The position numbers were made by a program, and so were the translations under genes. The notes under the pieces were generated by a model. It was not told where the DNA came from. It did no database searches and saw nothing but the letters and a program-made list of their open reading frames with translations. Of a stretch of 64,000 nucleotides of DNA, positions 26,339 through 35,932 are shown one piece after another (positions within the stretch are counted from its first letter, which is position 1; every line of letters begins with the position of its first letter). This stretch comes from Parcubacteria group bacterium Gr01-1014_13 (GTDB lineage: Bacteria > Patescibacteriota > Patescibacteriia > Magasanikbacterales > GWA2-37-8), in assembly GCA_007376295.1 (NCBI GenBank), contig VMGB01000001.1:80424-144423 (forward strand), written 5' to 3'.

Positions 26339-28144
26339 ATGCAAATCAGAAACGTCGCAATTATCGCCCACGTAGACCACGGCAAAACCACGCTCGTGGA
26401 TGCTTTGTTGCGTCAATCCAAAACTAAATTGGGTAAAGAACTGGTTGATCAAGAGACTATCATGGATAGCAATGATTTAGAACGTGAACGCGGTATCACT
26501 ATTTTTTCTAAAAACGCTTCTATAGAATGGCAGGATACCAAGATAAATATTATTGATACTCCTGGCCACGCCGATTTTGGCGGTGAAGTAGAAAGAGTTC
26601 TCAAGTTAGCCGATGGTTGTTTGCTTTTGGTTGATGCCAAAGAAGGCCCGATGCCGCAGACTAGATTTGTGCTTAAAAAAGCTTTGCAGATGGGGCACAA
26701 AATTATTGTGGTGATAAATAAGATAGATAAACCAGGTGCTAGACCAGCTTGGGTTTTGGATAAAACCTTTGATTTATTCGTCGATTTGGGCGCTAGTGAT
26801 GAGGTGGCTGATTTTCCAGTTATCTATGCTTCAGCCAAACAAGGCAAAGCTGGGCTTACTCCGGATTTAGAAGCGATGACCGACATCACTCCGATTTTTG
26901 ATACTGTTTTGAAATTTATTCCGGAACCAAAAGTAGATCCAAATGCGCCGCTACAAATTTTGATTACCACTATTACCGGTGATGATTTTAAAGGCAGAAT
27001 TGCTACTGGCAGAATATATAACGGTGTAATAAAAACCGGCCAAGATATAATGCATATCAATCGCGAAGGCAAAATGACAAAATGCCGCGTGATGGCGCTC
27101 ATGACTTTTTTTGGCTTGGAAAGAATAGAAGTTAAAGAAGCGGTAGCCGGAGATGTGGTGGCGATTGCCGGAATTCCGGAAATAAATATTGGTGAAACAA
27201 TTGCGGATTTAAATAACCCGATTGCTTTGCCATTGTTAAATGTGGAAGAACCGACTGTAAAAATGACTTTTTCCGTGAATGATTCTCCGTTTGCCGGCAA
27301 GGAAGGTCAGTTCACAACTTCCAGACAAATTAGAGAAAGATTATATAAGGAATTGGAAACAGACATGGCGCTGAAAGTAGAAGATGGTCTTGATGGTGGC
27401 TGGATAGTTTCTGGCCGCGGTGAATTGCATTTGGCCATTCTTATTGAACGTCTGCGCCGCGAAGGTTATGAATTACAGGTTTCTCGTCCGCAAGTAATTG
27501 TGAAAGAAATTGATGGCAAGAAAATGACTCCTTATGAACAGGTATTTATTGAAGTACCAGAAGCAAGTTCTGGATCTGTAATTCAAAAATTGGGCAGCCG
27601 ACATGGCGAGATGCGGGAAATGCGAACGGAAAATGGAATTGTTTTCTTGGAATTTATTATCCCTACCCGTGGATTGTTTGGTTATCGTACTGAATTTCTT
27701 ACTGACACACGCGGTTTGGGACTTATTAACACTATTTTCTATCAGTACATGCCAGATCCGGGCAGTTGGCGCGAACGCGAACAAGGTTCGCTAGTGGCGC
27801 ATGAAACCGGTACAAGTAATTTGTACGGTTTGCTTAACATTCAAGATAGGGGACAGTTATTTATTGGTCCGGGCTCAGCGGTATACAAAGGCCAAGTTGT
27901 TGGTCAAAACGCGCGCAGTGAAGATATTCGCGTAAATGTTTGTAAAGAAAAACAACTTTCCAATATGCGTTCCAAAGGTGATGGTGTTTCTGAACACTTT
28001 AATGCTCCAAAAACTATGGGGCTAGAGGACGCGTTGGAATATATCGGTGATGATGAACTAGTTGAAATAACTCCAAAAAATGTTAGAATTAGAAAGGTGA
28101 TCTTGGACGAAAATGAAGCCAAAAGAAAAGCGAGAGGAATGTAA
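26339..28144 (+). CDS. typA: translational GTPase TypA/BipA
   Basis: G1 'AIIAHVDHGKTTL', G3 'DTPGHADF', G4 'NKID'. ~600 aa with EF-G-like domains but short. Confidence 0.9.
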   Translation: MQIRNVAIIAHVDHGKTTLVDALLRQSKTKLGKELVDQETIMDSNDLERERGITIFSKNASIEWQDTKINIIDTPGHADFGGEVERVLKLADGCLLLVDAKEGPMPQTRFVLKKALQMGHKIIVVINKIDKPGARPAWVLDKTFDLFVDLGASDEVADFPVIYASAKQGKAGLTPDLEAMTDITPIFDTVLKFIPEPKVDPNAPLQILITTITGDDFKGRIATGRIYNGVIKTGQDIMHINREGKMTKCRVMALMTFFGLERIEVKEAVAGDVVAIAGIPEINIGETIADLNNPIALPLLNVEEPTVKMTFSVNDSPFAGKEGQFTTSRQIRERLYKELETDMALKVEDGLDGGWIVSGRGELHLAILIERLRREGYELQVSRPQVIVKEIDGKKMTPYEQVFIEVPEASSGSVIQKLGSRHGEMREMRTENGIVFLEFIIPTRGLFGYRTEFLTDTRGLGLINTIFYQYMPDPGSWREREQGSLVAHETGTSNLYGLLNIQDRGQLFIGPGSAVYKGQVVGQNARSEDIRVNVCKEKQLSNMRSKGDGVSEHFNAPKTMGLEDALEYIGDDELVEITPKNVRIRKVILDENEAKRKARGM

Positions 28145-28149
28145 TTGGC

Positions 28150-28221
28150 GGCCCCATCGTCTATCAGTTAGGACACGACCTTCTCAAGGTTGAGAGACGG
28201 GTGCGATTCCCGTTGGGGCTA
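28150..28221 (+). tRNA. tRNA-Glu-like (anticodon CUC), atypical T-loop
   Basis: Cloverleaf: acceptor GGCCCCA/TGGGGCT (G-U at 1:72), D-stem GTCT/GGAC, anticodon stem CGACC/GGTTG with loop UU-CUC-AA, T-stem ACGGG/CCCGT. T-loop is TGCGATT, with G where the universal U55 is expected. CCA not encoded. Confidence 0.5.
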
Positions 28222-28235
28222 CTAAGACTGCTGAT

Positions 28236-28544
28236 ATGGAAAAAATGTTAGAAAATTTAAAGTTTTTTGGCACCTACATAGGCATGCCAGATACTGATCC
28301 GAGACTTATACTCGCCAGACTCATTCATATGGCGCTAGGTTTTGTCGGTATTGTCTTGTTGCTCATGATTCTATCCAGCGGTTTTTCATTTATGGTTTCA
28401 GGCGGAGATGAAGAAAAAACTGCCAGCGCTAAAAGAACTTTAATCAATGCCATTATTGGCGTAATAATTATCCTCTCTGCTTATAGCATCGTAAACTTTG
28501 TGATGAATGGTCTGACTGCGGCCACTACCACTTCCGGGGTTTAA
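28236..28544 (+). CDS. small two-TM membrane protein, possibly pilin-like (VirB2/TrbC-like topology)
   Basis: Two hydrophobic helices separated by a short charged loop 'SGGDEEKTASAKRT'. Thr-rich C-terminal tail. Weak topology-only call. Confidence 0.35.
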   Translation: MEKMLENLKFFGTYIGMPDTDPRLILARLIHMALGFVGIVLLLMILSSGFSFMVSGGDEEKTASAKRTLINAIIGVIIILSAYSIVNFVMNGLTAATTTSGV

Positions 28545-28644
28545 ACTTTAAATCAGCTTCGGCTGATTTTTTGTTTGTTTTAAATTTTGACAACTAATGA
28601 AAAAATTGTTACGTTAAGTTTGGCAAATTTACAAAAACAAGGAG

Positions 28645-29526
28645 TTGCCAATGCGGTTCACTGTCGGCAGGGTGGGAAGCCTGATCAGTGGTCGTTATGA
28701 ACTCAAGGAACATATTTATACAAGCAACATGAGTAGCGTGCTCAAAGCTTGGGATTATAAAGAAGATCGCTTCGTGGTTGTCAAGATTTCTACAGATACT
28801 GTCCAATACTCCAATTTGGTAGAGTGTCTAAAGCGTGAAGCCGGGGCGCTTAGCAGGATTGATCATCCACGCGTTGTACGTGTATTCGATTCTGGAAATA
28901 TTGGACCGTCACATTTTATAGTGTTGGAATATATACACGGCACAAATCTCGCTAATTATATTCACAGACACGGTCGTTTGTTTCTGGATGCTGCCATTTC
29001 GGTAGGCATAGACCTGCTTGAAGGTTTAGAAGCTATACATAAAGAGGGGATCGTTCACCGCGATCTCAAACCAGAGAATTTGATTACTACTCGTATCGGA
29101 GTCAAAATTATCGATCTCGGTTTGGCTGTATCTACGCCCGCAGCAGAGCAAAAGATGGATCCATTAGATAGTCCTGGAATGGTAAGTGGCACACCCCCAT
29201 ATCTTTCGCCTGAGCAAGCTCAGGGATCCGAAGATTTGGACGCTCGGTCCGATCTGTATGCTTGCGGCGTTATATTATATGAACTGTTAACTGGAGCTCT
29301 TCCTTTTTATAACTTTAAAAAGGACGGGCAGATATTTAAATATTGGCAAGGACGATTGCGTCCGTTTTGGGAAGTATCGCCTGCTGTAGACGTTCCAGAC
29401 AAAGTCCAAGCCGTTGTTTGGAAGGCGCTGGCAGTTGACCCCAAGGATCGTTATCAAACTGCCGAAGAAATGCGGATGGCTTTGCTAGAGGTAATGGAAA
29501 AATATGTCACAATTCCGTTGCCGTGA
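28645..29526 (+). CDS. Ser/Thr protein kinase (catalytic domain only)
   Basis: Catalytic loop 'HRDLKPENL', 'DLGLA' (DFG-equivalent), 'GTPPYLSPE' (APE motif). No TM or PASTA domain. Confidence 0.8.
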   Translation: MPMRFTVGRVGSLISGRYELKEHIYTSNMSSVLKAWDYKEDRFVVVKISTDTVQYSNLVECLKREAGALSRIDHPRVVRVFDSGNIGPSHFIVLEYIHGTNLANYIHRHGRLFLDAAISVGIDLLEGLEAIHKEGIVHRDLKPENLITTRIGVKIIDLGLAVSTPAAEQKMDPLDSPGMVSGTPPYLSPEQAQGSEDLDARSDLYACGVILYELLTGALPFYNFKKDGQIFKYWQGRLRPFWEVSPAVDVPDKVQAVVWKALAVDPKDRYQTAEEMRMALLEVMEKYVTIPLP

Positions 29527-29571
29527 AAAAGTGCACCGTCCCGCAATTGCGTGGGCGGTTTTTATTTTAGT

Positions 29572-29601
29572 TTGACAGTATTTAAAAATACGTGCTATAG
29601 T
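29572..29601 (+). promoter_or_regulatory. putative sigma70-type promoter (TTGACA-18-TATAGT) for the MntR/DtxR operon
   Basis: Consensus -35 and near-consensus -10, directly upstream of the operator palindrome. Confidence 0.45.
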
Positions 29602-29604
29602 TAT

Positions 29605-29620
29605 GTTCGTATATACGAAC
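29605..29620. promoter_or_regulatory. perfect 16-bp palindrome GTTCGTATATACGAAC; candidate MntR/DtxR operator
   Basis: Sits between the -10 and the ATG (29629) of the metalloregulator gene, the classic autoregulatory operator position. Confidence 0.5.
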
Positions 29621-29628
29621 AAATTAGT

Positions 29629-30039
29629 ATGTCACGAATTACTCCTACTCGAGAAGATTATCTCCGGGCCATATACCGTTTTTCCCAAAAAGATACCCGC
29701 GTTCGTATTATTGACATCGCGCGTAATTTGAATTTGGCTCGTTCCACAGTTTCCGAAAGAGTTCAAGATTTAAAGAATGCAAATTTTATAAAATCCGGCC
29801 AAAATGAAGAGGGGATTGTCCTGAGCAAAAAAGGATTGCTATTGGCCCGGCAACTCACCTACAAACACCGTTTGATTGAAGTTTTTCTCCACAAAGTTTT
29901 GCATATGGATGCCAAAAAAGTCCATGCGGAAGCGCATAAACTAGAACATGCGTTTTCCGATGAAGTGATTGCTCGTTTGGCCAAGTTTCTAGGCAACCCT
30001 AAAAAAGATCCGCACGGAGAAAAAATTACTAAAGTTTAA
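29629..30039 (+). CDS. DtxR/MntR-family metal-dependent transcriptional repressor
   Basis: 'TREDYLRAIYRF' N-terminal helix and 'ARNLNLARSTVSERVQDL' HTH, a classic DtxR-family N-domain. Start set at ATG 29629. Confidence 0.8.
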   Translation: MSRITPTREDYLRAIYRFSQKDTRVRIIDIARNLNLARSTVSERVQDLKNANFIKSGQNEEGIVLSKKGLLLARQLTYKHRLIEVFLHKVLHMDAKKVHAEAHKLEHAFSDEVIARLAKFLGNPKKDPHGEKITKV

Positions 30040-30053
30040 ATTTTTTAAAAAAT

Positions 30054-31088
30054 ATGTCTCAGAAAAAATTTATCACACTTATTACTGTAATATTGGTTGC
30101 CGTGGCAGCAGTAGTTTTTGGCGGCTATAAATTTAACAAGAAAAATAGCGGTCACGACTATGTTAAATTACATCAGGAGGCCCAAAAAAATATAGGTCCT
30201 ACCGGACAGTATCAGACCGATGATTTTGATCCTACGGAATTTTTGACAACCTGGAATTTCAACAATCTTCCTGAAAAAGAGCGCGCCAAATTTTATAAAG
30301 AAACAGCTCTTGCCGACGGGACTTTATTGCGTGAGTATAATTTTTTTATAGAAGACAAAGAAATTGAAGTTGCTCCCGGAGTCTTTTTTCCGGCCTGGGC
30401 ATATAATGGCCAGGTACCTGGCCCAACTATCCGCGCCACCGAAGGTGATACGGTTAAAATAACCCTTATAAATGGCGGTTCAAAACCTCATTCGGCTCAT
30501 TTTCACGGTTTTCATTCCGCAGAAATGGATGGTTCGGCTCCCGAGGACATGGTTTTACCGGGAGAAAATTTTACCTATGAATTCAAAGCGGGTCCATTTG
30601 GCACTCATGTTTATCATTGTCACAGTTATCCAGTTTCCCAACATATAACGAAGGGGTTATATGGTGCTTATATTGTGGATCCAAAAAATGATACTAGACC
30701 AAAAGCGGACAAGGAATTAGTAATGGTGATGAATGGTTTTGATACTGATTTTGATGGCGCTAACGATATTTATGCTGTCAATACTATGGCCTTTGCTTAT
30801 AACTATAAACCAATAATGGTTAAGAAAGGCGAGTTAGTGCGTATTCATTTGAGTAATATGCTTCAGTTTGATCTGGTTAACTCATTTCATTTGCACGCCA
30901 ATTTTTTTAACGAATATAAGACCGGTACAAGTTTAAAACCCGATAATTTTACGGACACAATTACTTTGGGGCCGGCGGAAAGATCGGTTTTAGATGTCAG
31001 ATTTAGAGAACCGGGCATGTTTATGTTCCACGCTCATGTGCAGGAATTTGCTGAGTTGGGTTGGACCGGTATGTTTATGGTGGAATAA
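30054..31088 (+). CDS. two-domain cupredoxin-fold multicopper-oxidase/NirK-like protein, membrane-anchored
   Basis: N-terminal TM. Cu-ligand motifs 'HSAHFHGFH' (HxH), 'HVYHCHSYPVSQH' (HCH + distal His) and 'FHAHV'. Confidence 0.6.
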   Translation: MSQKKFITLITVILVAVAAVVFGGYKFNKKNSGHDYVKLHQEAQKNIGPTGQYQTDDFDPTEFLTTWNFNNLPEKERAKFYKETALADGTLLREYNFFIEDKEIEVAPGVFFPAWAYNGQVPGPTIRATEGDTVKITLINGGSKPHSAHFHGFHSAEMDGSAPEDMVLPGENFTYEFKAGPFGTHVYHCHSYPVSQHITKGLYGAYIVDPKNDTRPKADKELVMVMNGFDTDFDGANDIYAVNTMAFAYNYKPIMVKKGELVRIHLSNMLQFDLVNSFHLHANFFNEYKTGTSLKPDNFTDTITLGPAERSVLDVRFREPGMFMFHAHVQEFAELGWTGMFMVE

Positions 31089-31107
31089 ATATTTTAAAAC
31101 TATTATT

Positions 31108-32316
31108 ATGTCTCAAATATCAGAAACAAATAGGGGGTTAAAAACATGGATTAGTTTTTTGTTGCCGCTCATTTTGTTAGCGGGGCTTCTCTGGGGTTTT
31201 ATAAAATACGGTCCTCTGGGAGTATTTAAAGCAGAATTTCCTCCTGTCGAAAAACTTGTTATCCAGAGAGTGAATTTCATGCCCGAACGTATTGATCTTG
31301 AAGTTTTTAATGATGGGCCGGAATCTGTGACTGTTGCCCAGTTGGTAGTCAATGAAGTTATCTGGCAATTCAAAATGCAGCCTGATAATAATACCTTGAA
31401 GCCTTTGGAAGGCGGAGTAGTATCATTGGCTTATCCTTGGACTGAAGGCGATCCGATTGCTTTTACATTAATATCCAGCGATGGTGTTACTTTTGGAAAA
31501 GAAGTTGATGTAGCTTTTTTGACCCCAACCATTGATGCAACATACTTACGAACCTTTATTCTGCTTGGTTTGTATGTCGGTGTTGTTCCGGTGCTACTCG
31601 GTCTGCTTTGGTTTCCGTTTTTACGCAGGCTTAAAGGCAAAGGATATCTGTTTTTGCTATCTTTGACCATCGGTCTTCTGTTATTTTTAGGATTTTCTAC
31701 TTTGGCTGAATCTATAGAACTAATTGGCGAGTTGCCAAGCGCCTTTAATGGCGTCGGACTGCTTGTTATTGGATTTGTTTCAGCAATTTTAATTCTTGGC
31801 GCAGTGACTTATAAAACAGAATTTAGTTTGGCTAATAAGAGTGATCATTCCAAAGCTTTAATATGGTCATACTTAATAGCTTTGGGTATTGGATTGCATA
31901 ATCTGGGCGAGGGTCTGGCTATAGGTAGCGCTTATACTTTAGGTGAGATTGCTTTAGGATCTACTCTGGTTATTGGTTTTATGGTGCATAATGTTACCGA
32001 AGGGGTGGCGATTATTTCTCCGCTGACTCATGGTGAAGTTAAAATAAAAAGATTTTTTAAACATCTTTTGTTAATGGGACTACTAGCTGGCGCGCCGACT
32101 ATTCTAGGAAGTTTAATTGGTGGGTTCGCTTACTCTCCTGTTTATGGCGTCCTCTTTTTGGCTATTGGCGCCGGAGCTATCTTTGATGTTACTTTTGATA
32201 TTCTTCATCATATGGCCAAAGGACGTTGGAATTCTTTGTTTACCACCACCAATGTCTTTGGGTTTTTAGCAGGCTTATTTCTTATGTACGTAACTGGATT
32301 TCTGGTTTTGGGCTAA
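31108..32316 (+). CDS. ZIP-family (ZupT-like) divalent metal permease with N-terminal extracytoplasmic domain
   Basis: 'LGIGLHNLGEGLAIGSAY' and 'FMVHNVTEGVAII' are ZIP signature His/Glu helices. Start set at ATG 31108. Confidence 0.7.
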   Translation: MSQISETNRGLKTWISFLLPLILLAGLLWGFIKYGPLGVFKAEFPPVEKLVIQRVNFMPERIDLEVFNDGPESVTVAQLVVNEVIWQFKMQPDNNTLKPLEGGVVSLAYPWTEGDPIAFTLISSDGVTFGKEVDVAFLTPTIDATYLRTFILLGLYVGVVPVLLGLLWFPFLRRLKGKGYLFLLSLTIGLLLFLGFSTLAESIELIGELPSAFNGVGLLVIGFVSAILILGAVTYKTEFSLANKSDHSKALIWSYLIALGIGLHNLGEGLAIGSAYTLGEIALGSTLVIGFMVHNVTEGVAIISPLTHGEVKIKRFFKHLLLMGLLAGAPTILGSLIGGFAYSPVYGVLFLAIGAGAIFDVTFDILHHMAKGRWNSLFTTTNVFGFLAGLFLMYVTGFLVLG

Positions 32317-32401
32317 TTGACAAGCAGCTTCTTCTATAGTACTATCTTCATGCCAAGACAAAAATTGGAGTAGAGCCTTTTGGTTCTAAAGAAAGGAAAC
32401 G

Positions 32402-33352
32402 ATGACCAGATCTTTCAAACAGCAGTGTGAGAAGCCGTGGGCAATGGGTAAGTATGTCTGTGTCGGGCTCGACCCGGACTTCAACAGGCTTCCCACCCAT
32501 CTAAAAGACCTCCGTAGTCCAGAGAAATGGATCTTTGATTTTTTGAAAGCGATTGTTGATTCGACGGTAAAAGTCGCCGCGGCTTTCAAACCAAACTATG
32601 CTTTTTTCGAGAAGTATGGTGATCTGGGTGTTAAAGTCTACGTGATGATTTGTCAATATATCAAGGCATTTCATAAGGATGTTGTCCTTATCTGTGATTC
32701 CAAGCGCGGGGATATCGGTGATACGAACGTCGGTTCGGCAGACTTCTTTTTCGAGCGGTGCAATGCTGATGCGGTTACGGTCAATGGTTATCTCGGGCCA
32801 GAAGCTCTGGAGCCGTTCCTCAATCGTGAGGATAAAGGTGTGTTCATTTTGTGTCGTACTTCTAACTCCGGATCTGGAGAGCTCCAAAATCTACAGGTTC
32901 AGGTTTCTGCAGAAGAAGCCGAGATGTTTCGTCTGCCTTCCGCACTACCTTCCCAAGAGATGACCTGGGAAGAATCTCAGAGGTACCATAAGGAGAAAAA
33001 GCTTACTTATCATATGCCACTTTACCAGTACGTGGCCGCTCGGGTCAGCCATTCTTGGAACAAGAAAAACAACAATTGCGGTTTGGTAACTGGCGCTACC
33101 TACGCAGAAGACATCTACAATGTTCGTCATGTTGCGCCCGATTTACCTCTTCTTATCCCAGGTATCGGCAAGCAGGGTGGCGATCTCGAAAAGTCGGTGA
33201 GGGCGGCGAGCAGTCGATTTTTCGTCAATTCATCGAGCGCTATTCTGTATGCGTCACAGGGCGAAGATTTTGCCGAAGCAGCTTTGGCCAAGACCTTTGA
33301 ACTGGATAGCCAAATCCGCGCTCTGGTAGAGCAACAGCGCTGGGAGTTTTAA
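32402..33352 (+). CDS. pyrF: orotidine-5'-phosphate decarboxylase, type 2
   Basis: 'KYVCVGLDPD' and 'FKPNYAFFEKYG', then 'DSKRGDIGDT' (Lys-Asp active-site region). Length fits type-2 enzymes. Confidence 0.6.
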   Translation: MTRSFKQQCEKPWAMGKYVCVGLDPDFNRLPTHLKDLRSPEKWIFDFLKAIVDSTVKVAAAFKPNYAFFEKYGDLGVKVYVMICQYIKAFHKDVVLICDSKRGDIGDTNVGSADFFFERCNADAVTVNGYLGPEALEPFLNREDKGVFILCRTSNSGSGELQNLQVQVSAEEAEMFRLPSALPSQEMTWEESQRYHKEKKLTYHMPLYQYVAARVSHSWNKKNNNCGLVTGATYAEDIYNVRHVAPDLPLLIPGIGKQGGDLEKSVRAASSRFFVNSSSAILYASQGEDFAEAALAKTFELDSQIRALVEQQRWEF

Positions 33353-33369
33353 CCAAAATTATTTCCGCC

Positions 33370-33400
33370 AGCACTCCAAATGGAGTGCTTTTATATTTTT
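33370..33400 (+). terminator. rho-independent terminator (AGCACTCCA..TGGAGTGCT + T-rich)
   Basis: 9-bp inverted repeat followed by TTTTATATTTTT. Confidence 0.5.
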
Positions 33401-33486
33401 ATTATCACGGTTTTATGATTTTGACACAACCGTAATTTAATGATTAGATGTTTAGTAGAACACATTCTTAACAATGGGGGAATGTA

Positions 33487-33969
33487 ATGTATTCTTGGAG
33501 TACGAAGAGGAAAATAGCGATTGAAATGGGTGTTCTTTTTTTGCTTTATACCGCTTTGGGAATTTCTGTCGAAGCAATTTTTACCGGGATTGGCGACATA
33601 ATTCGGAATGAGTTGGCTGGAAATTCTTTCGATCCCATCCTTCCTTGCCGGGTTAGCTTGTGGATCATCCCGGTCTATGGTTTGTCAGCTACAATTGCCT
33701 TCGCAATTATCGATGCATATTTACCAAGACTTTTTTCTTGGCCATGGTGGATTCGCGGCCTTATCTATATGGTCGTAATTTACAGCTTTGAGTTTGTGTG
33801 GGCATTGGCGCTTGAAAGTCTGCTTGGTATTCAGGTATGGAACTATGAAGATTCAGAATACCGCATCTGGCGGTATATAAATCCGTATTTCTGCGTTGTT
33901 TGGTTCGTGTTTGGTTTTGCTTTGGAAAAAGTAAAAGTTTATATTCTCCCGCGTCTTCTCAAGTCTTGA
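33487..33969 (+). CDS. hypothetical polytopic membrane protein (4 TM)
   Basis: Four hydrophobic helices, Trp-rich ('WPWWIRGLIYMVVIYSFEFVWALAL'). Family not recognised. Confidence 0.4.
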   Translation: MYSWSTKRKIAIEMGVLFLLYTALGISVEAIFTGIGDIIRNELAGNSFDPILPCRVSLWIIPVYGLSATIAFAIIDAYLPRLFSWPWWIRGLIYMVVIYSFEFVWALALESLLGIQVWNYEDSEYRIWRYINPYFCVVWFVFGFALEKVKVYILPRLLKS

Positions 33970-34069
33970 GGCGCGGGTTTGTTATTTTCAAGGTCATTAC
34001 ATTGACAAAACCGCGATTTAATGTTTAAATGGCGGAGCGAAATAGGTTCGTAAACAACAGGAGAGAGCA

Positions 34070-34852
34070 ATGAAGCAAGATTTGACGCAGTGCAGCCTTC
34101 AGGGAGTTTTTGATTTTGTTTATGCGCAAAATCAAGAGCCGCACAATAGTTTGCTCATTCTGAGTGAAAAAGAAGTTAAGCATATCATTGGTCTTGCTGG
34201 GGGATTTTGGCATCACAACGGTGATCCAAAAGCCCCGCATGCAGTGATGCGGTCAGGCAAACATACCGATGGTTTTGTGTCTTTGCCTGAAGCGCTAAAA
34301 TATGTTGCGATTAACAATTTGTTTGCCGCAACATTGGCAAAGAAAATTCACCGAAGCTCATATCATAATCAGCGGATTGATTGGGTGATTGGATCAGATC
34401 ATGCTGCCGGCACGTTTTCCTACGCTGTCGCAGACGAGCTAAGAAAGTGTAATTTTCTTTGGCGCGGAATCAAACAAGATTTCACTGAAAAAGCCATGGT
34501 AAATGGCGAGGAGATCCAAAAATGGTCTCGTCATGTCATTAAGAAGGAAGAATTCGTTTTGCAGGTTGAAGAACTTTGTTCCACCAACCTGACGATTGGG
34601 CGCGTGTATGAAGGCGTTAATAACGCCCATCCAGATTACACGATTTCTTATGTGCCGATTGTTGGTATGGCAGTAAACAGGACTGGAAGGGATTTGTTCC
34701 ATGGAAGGAAGGTCGTCTCGCTCCTTAACATCAAGTTCAAGGAATGGGATGTCCGGAAGCGTGAAGAGTGCAGTCTTTGCAAAGGCGGCTCCGAACCGCT
34801 CGAAGACGTCAAGAAGTCCGCGGCTACGTGGGCCAAGCTAAATTGTCATTAG
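34070..34852 (+). CDS. type-I phosphoribosyltransferase-like protein (possibly divergent orotate PRTase)
   Basis: PRPP-binding-like motif 'FVLQVEELCSTNLTIG' (compare VLLVDDVxTTGxT). Located between pyrF and dus. Confidence 0.3.
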   Translation: MKQDLTQCSLQGVFDFVYAQNQEPHNSLLILSEKEVKHIIGLAGGFWHHNGDPKAPHAVMRSGKHTDGFVSLPEALKYVAINNLFAATLAKKIHRSSYHNQRIDWVIGSDHAAGTFSYAVADELRKCNFLWRGIKQDFTEKAMVNGEEIQKWSRHVIKKEEFVLQVEELCSTNLTIGRVYEGVNNAHPDYTISYVPIVGMAVNRTGRDLFHGRKVVSLLNIKFKEWDVRKREECSLCKGGSEPLEDVKKSAATWAKLNCH

Positions 34853-34929
34853 CAACCAAAAGAGAAATAATCTGTAAAATTCGCCTCTCCAATTGACTGG
34901 AGAGGCTTTTTCATATATAATGATTTACT

Positions 34930-35901
34930 ATGATTACCGGATTTTGGAAAAAATTAAAAAAACCAATAATGGTTCTGGCGCCGATGGCTAATGTCACCGA
35001 CGCTGCTTTTCGGCAGGTTATTGCCAAATATGGCAAGCCAGACGTGATGTTTACTGAATTTGTTTCTTGCGACGGACTGGTGTCTGCCGGGCAGAAAAAG
35101 TTATTGGTAGATTTTATGTACACCGAATCCGAACGTCCGATTGTGGCGCAGATTTTTGGTTCCAAGCCGGAAAATTTTTATAAAACCGCCCTGCTTATTC
35201 AAGAACTGGGATTTGATGGTATTGATATAAATATGGGTTGTCCGGATAGAAATATAGAAAAACAAGGCGCCGGAGCTTGCTTGATGAAAAATCCAAAATT
35301 AGCCCAAGAAATTATTCGCGAAACTAAACGCGGCGCTGGCAAATTACCGGTGTCAGTAAAAACTCGTATTGGCTACAACAAAAATGAACTTAGCCAGTGG
35401 CTGCCAGCCTTGCTTGAAGCCGAACCAGCTGCCATTACTATTCATGCCCGTACGCGCAAAGAAATGTCTTTGGTGCCAGCGCGTTGGGATACAATTGCCG
35501 AGGCCGTGCGTATCCGCGATCAGTATGGTAGTAAAACTTTAATTTTGGGTAATGGAGATGTAAAAGATCTTGCTGATGCTGAGCAAAAAATAAAAGCGAC
35601 TGGTGCCGACGGAGTAATGATTGGACGCGGAATTTTTGGTAATCCGTGGTTATTTGATAAAAAAATTGATTATGCCAAAATGCCGGTCGCGGAAAAATTA
35701 CGGGTAATGGTGGAGCATACATACTTGTTTGAGAAAGTTCTGGGTGAACACAAAAATTTTGCTATTATGAAAAAACATTACAAAGCCTATGTTAATGGCT
35801 TTGATGGTGCCAAAGAACTTCGAATCAAGCTGATGGAAGGAGCGGAAACGGCAGCGGATGTAGAAAGAATAGTGGCTGATTTTTTACGGACCTTAAATTG
35901 A
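34930..35901 (+). CDS. dus: tRNA-dihydrouridine synthase (Dus family)
   Basis: 'MVLAPMANVTDAAFRQ' FMN-binding N-motif, catalytic 'GCPDRNIEKQGAGACLM', 'IGRGIFGNPWLF'. Confidence 0.85.
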   Translation: MITGFWKKLKKPIMVLAPMANVTDAAFRQVIAKYGKPDVMFTEFVSCDGLVSAGQKKLLVDFMYTESERPIVAQIFGSKPENFYKTALLIQELGFDGIDINMGCPDRNIEKQGAGACLMKNPKLAQEIIRETKRGAGKLPVSVKTRIGYNKNELSQWLPALLEAEPAAITIHARTRKEMSLVPARWDTIAEAVRIRDQYGSKTLILGNGDVKDLADAEQKIKATGADGVMIGRGIFGNPWLFDKKIDYAKMPVAEKLRVMVEHTYLFEKVLGEHKNFAIMKKHYKAYVNGFDGAKELRIKLMEGAETAADVERIVADFLRTLN

Positions 35902-35932
35902 TTTTTTAGCCTAGAAAGGCTATTATTAAAGC

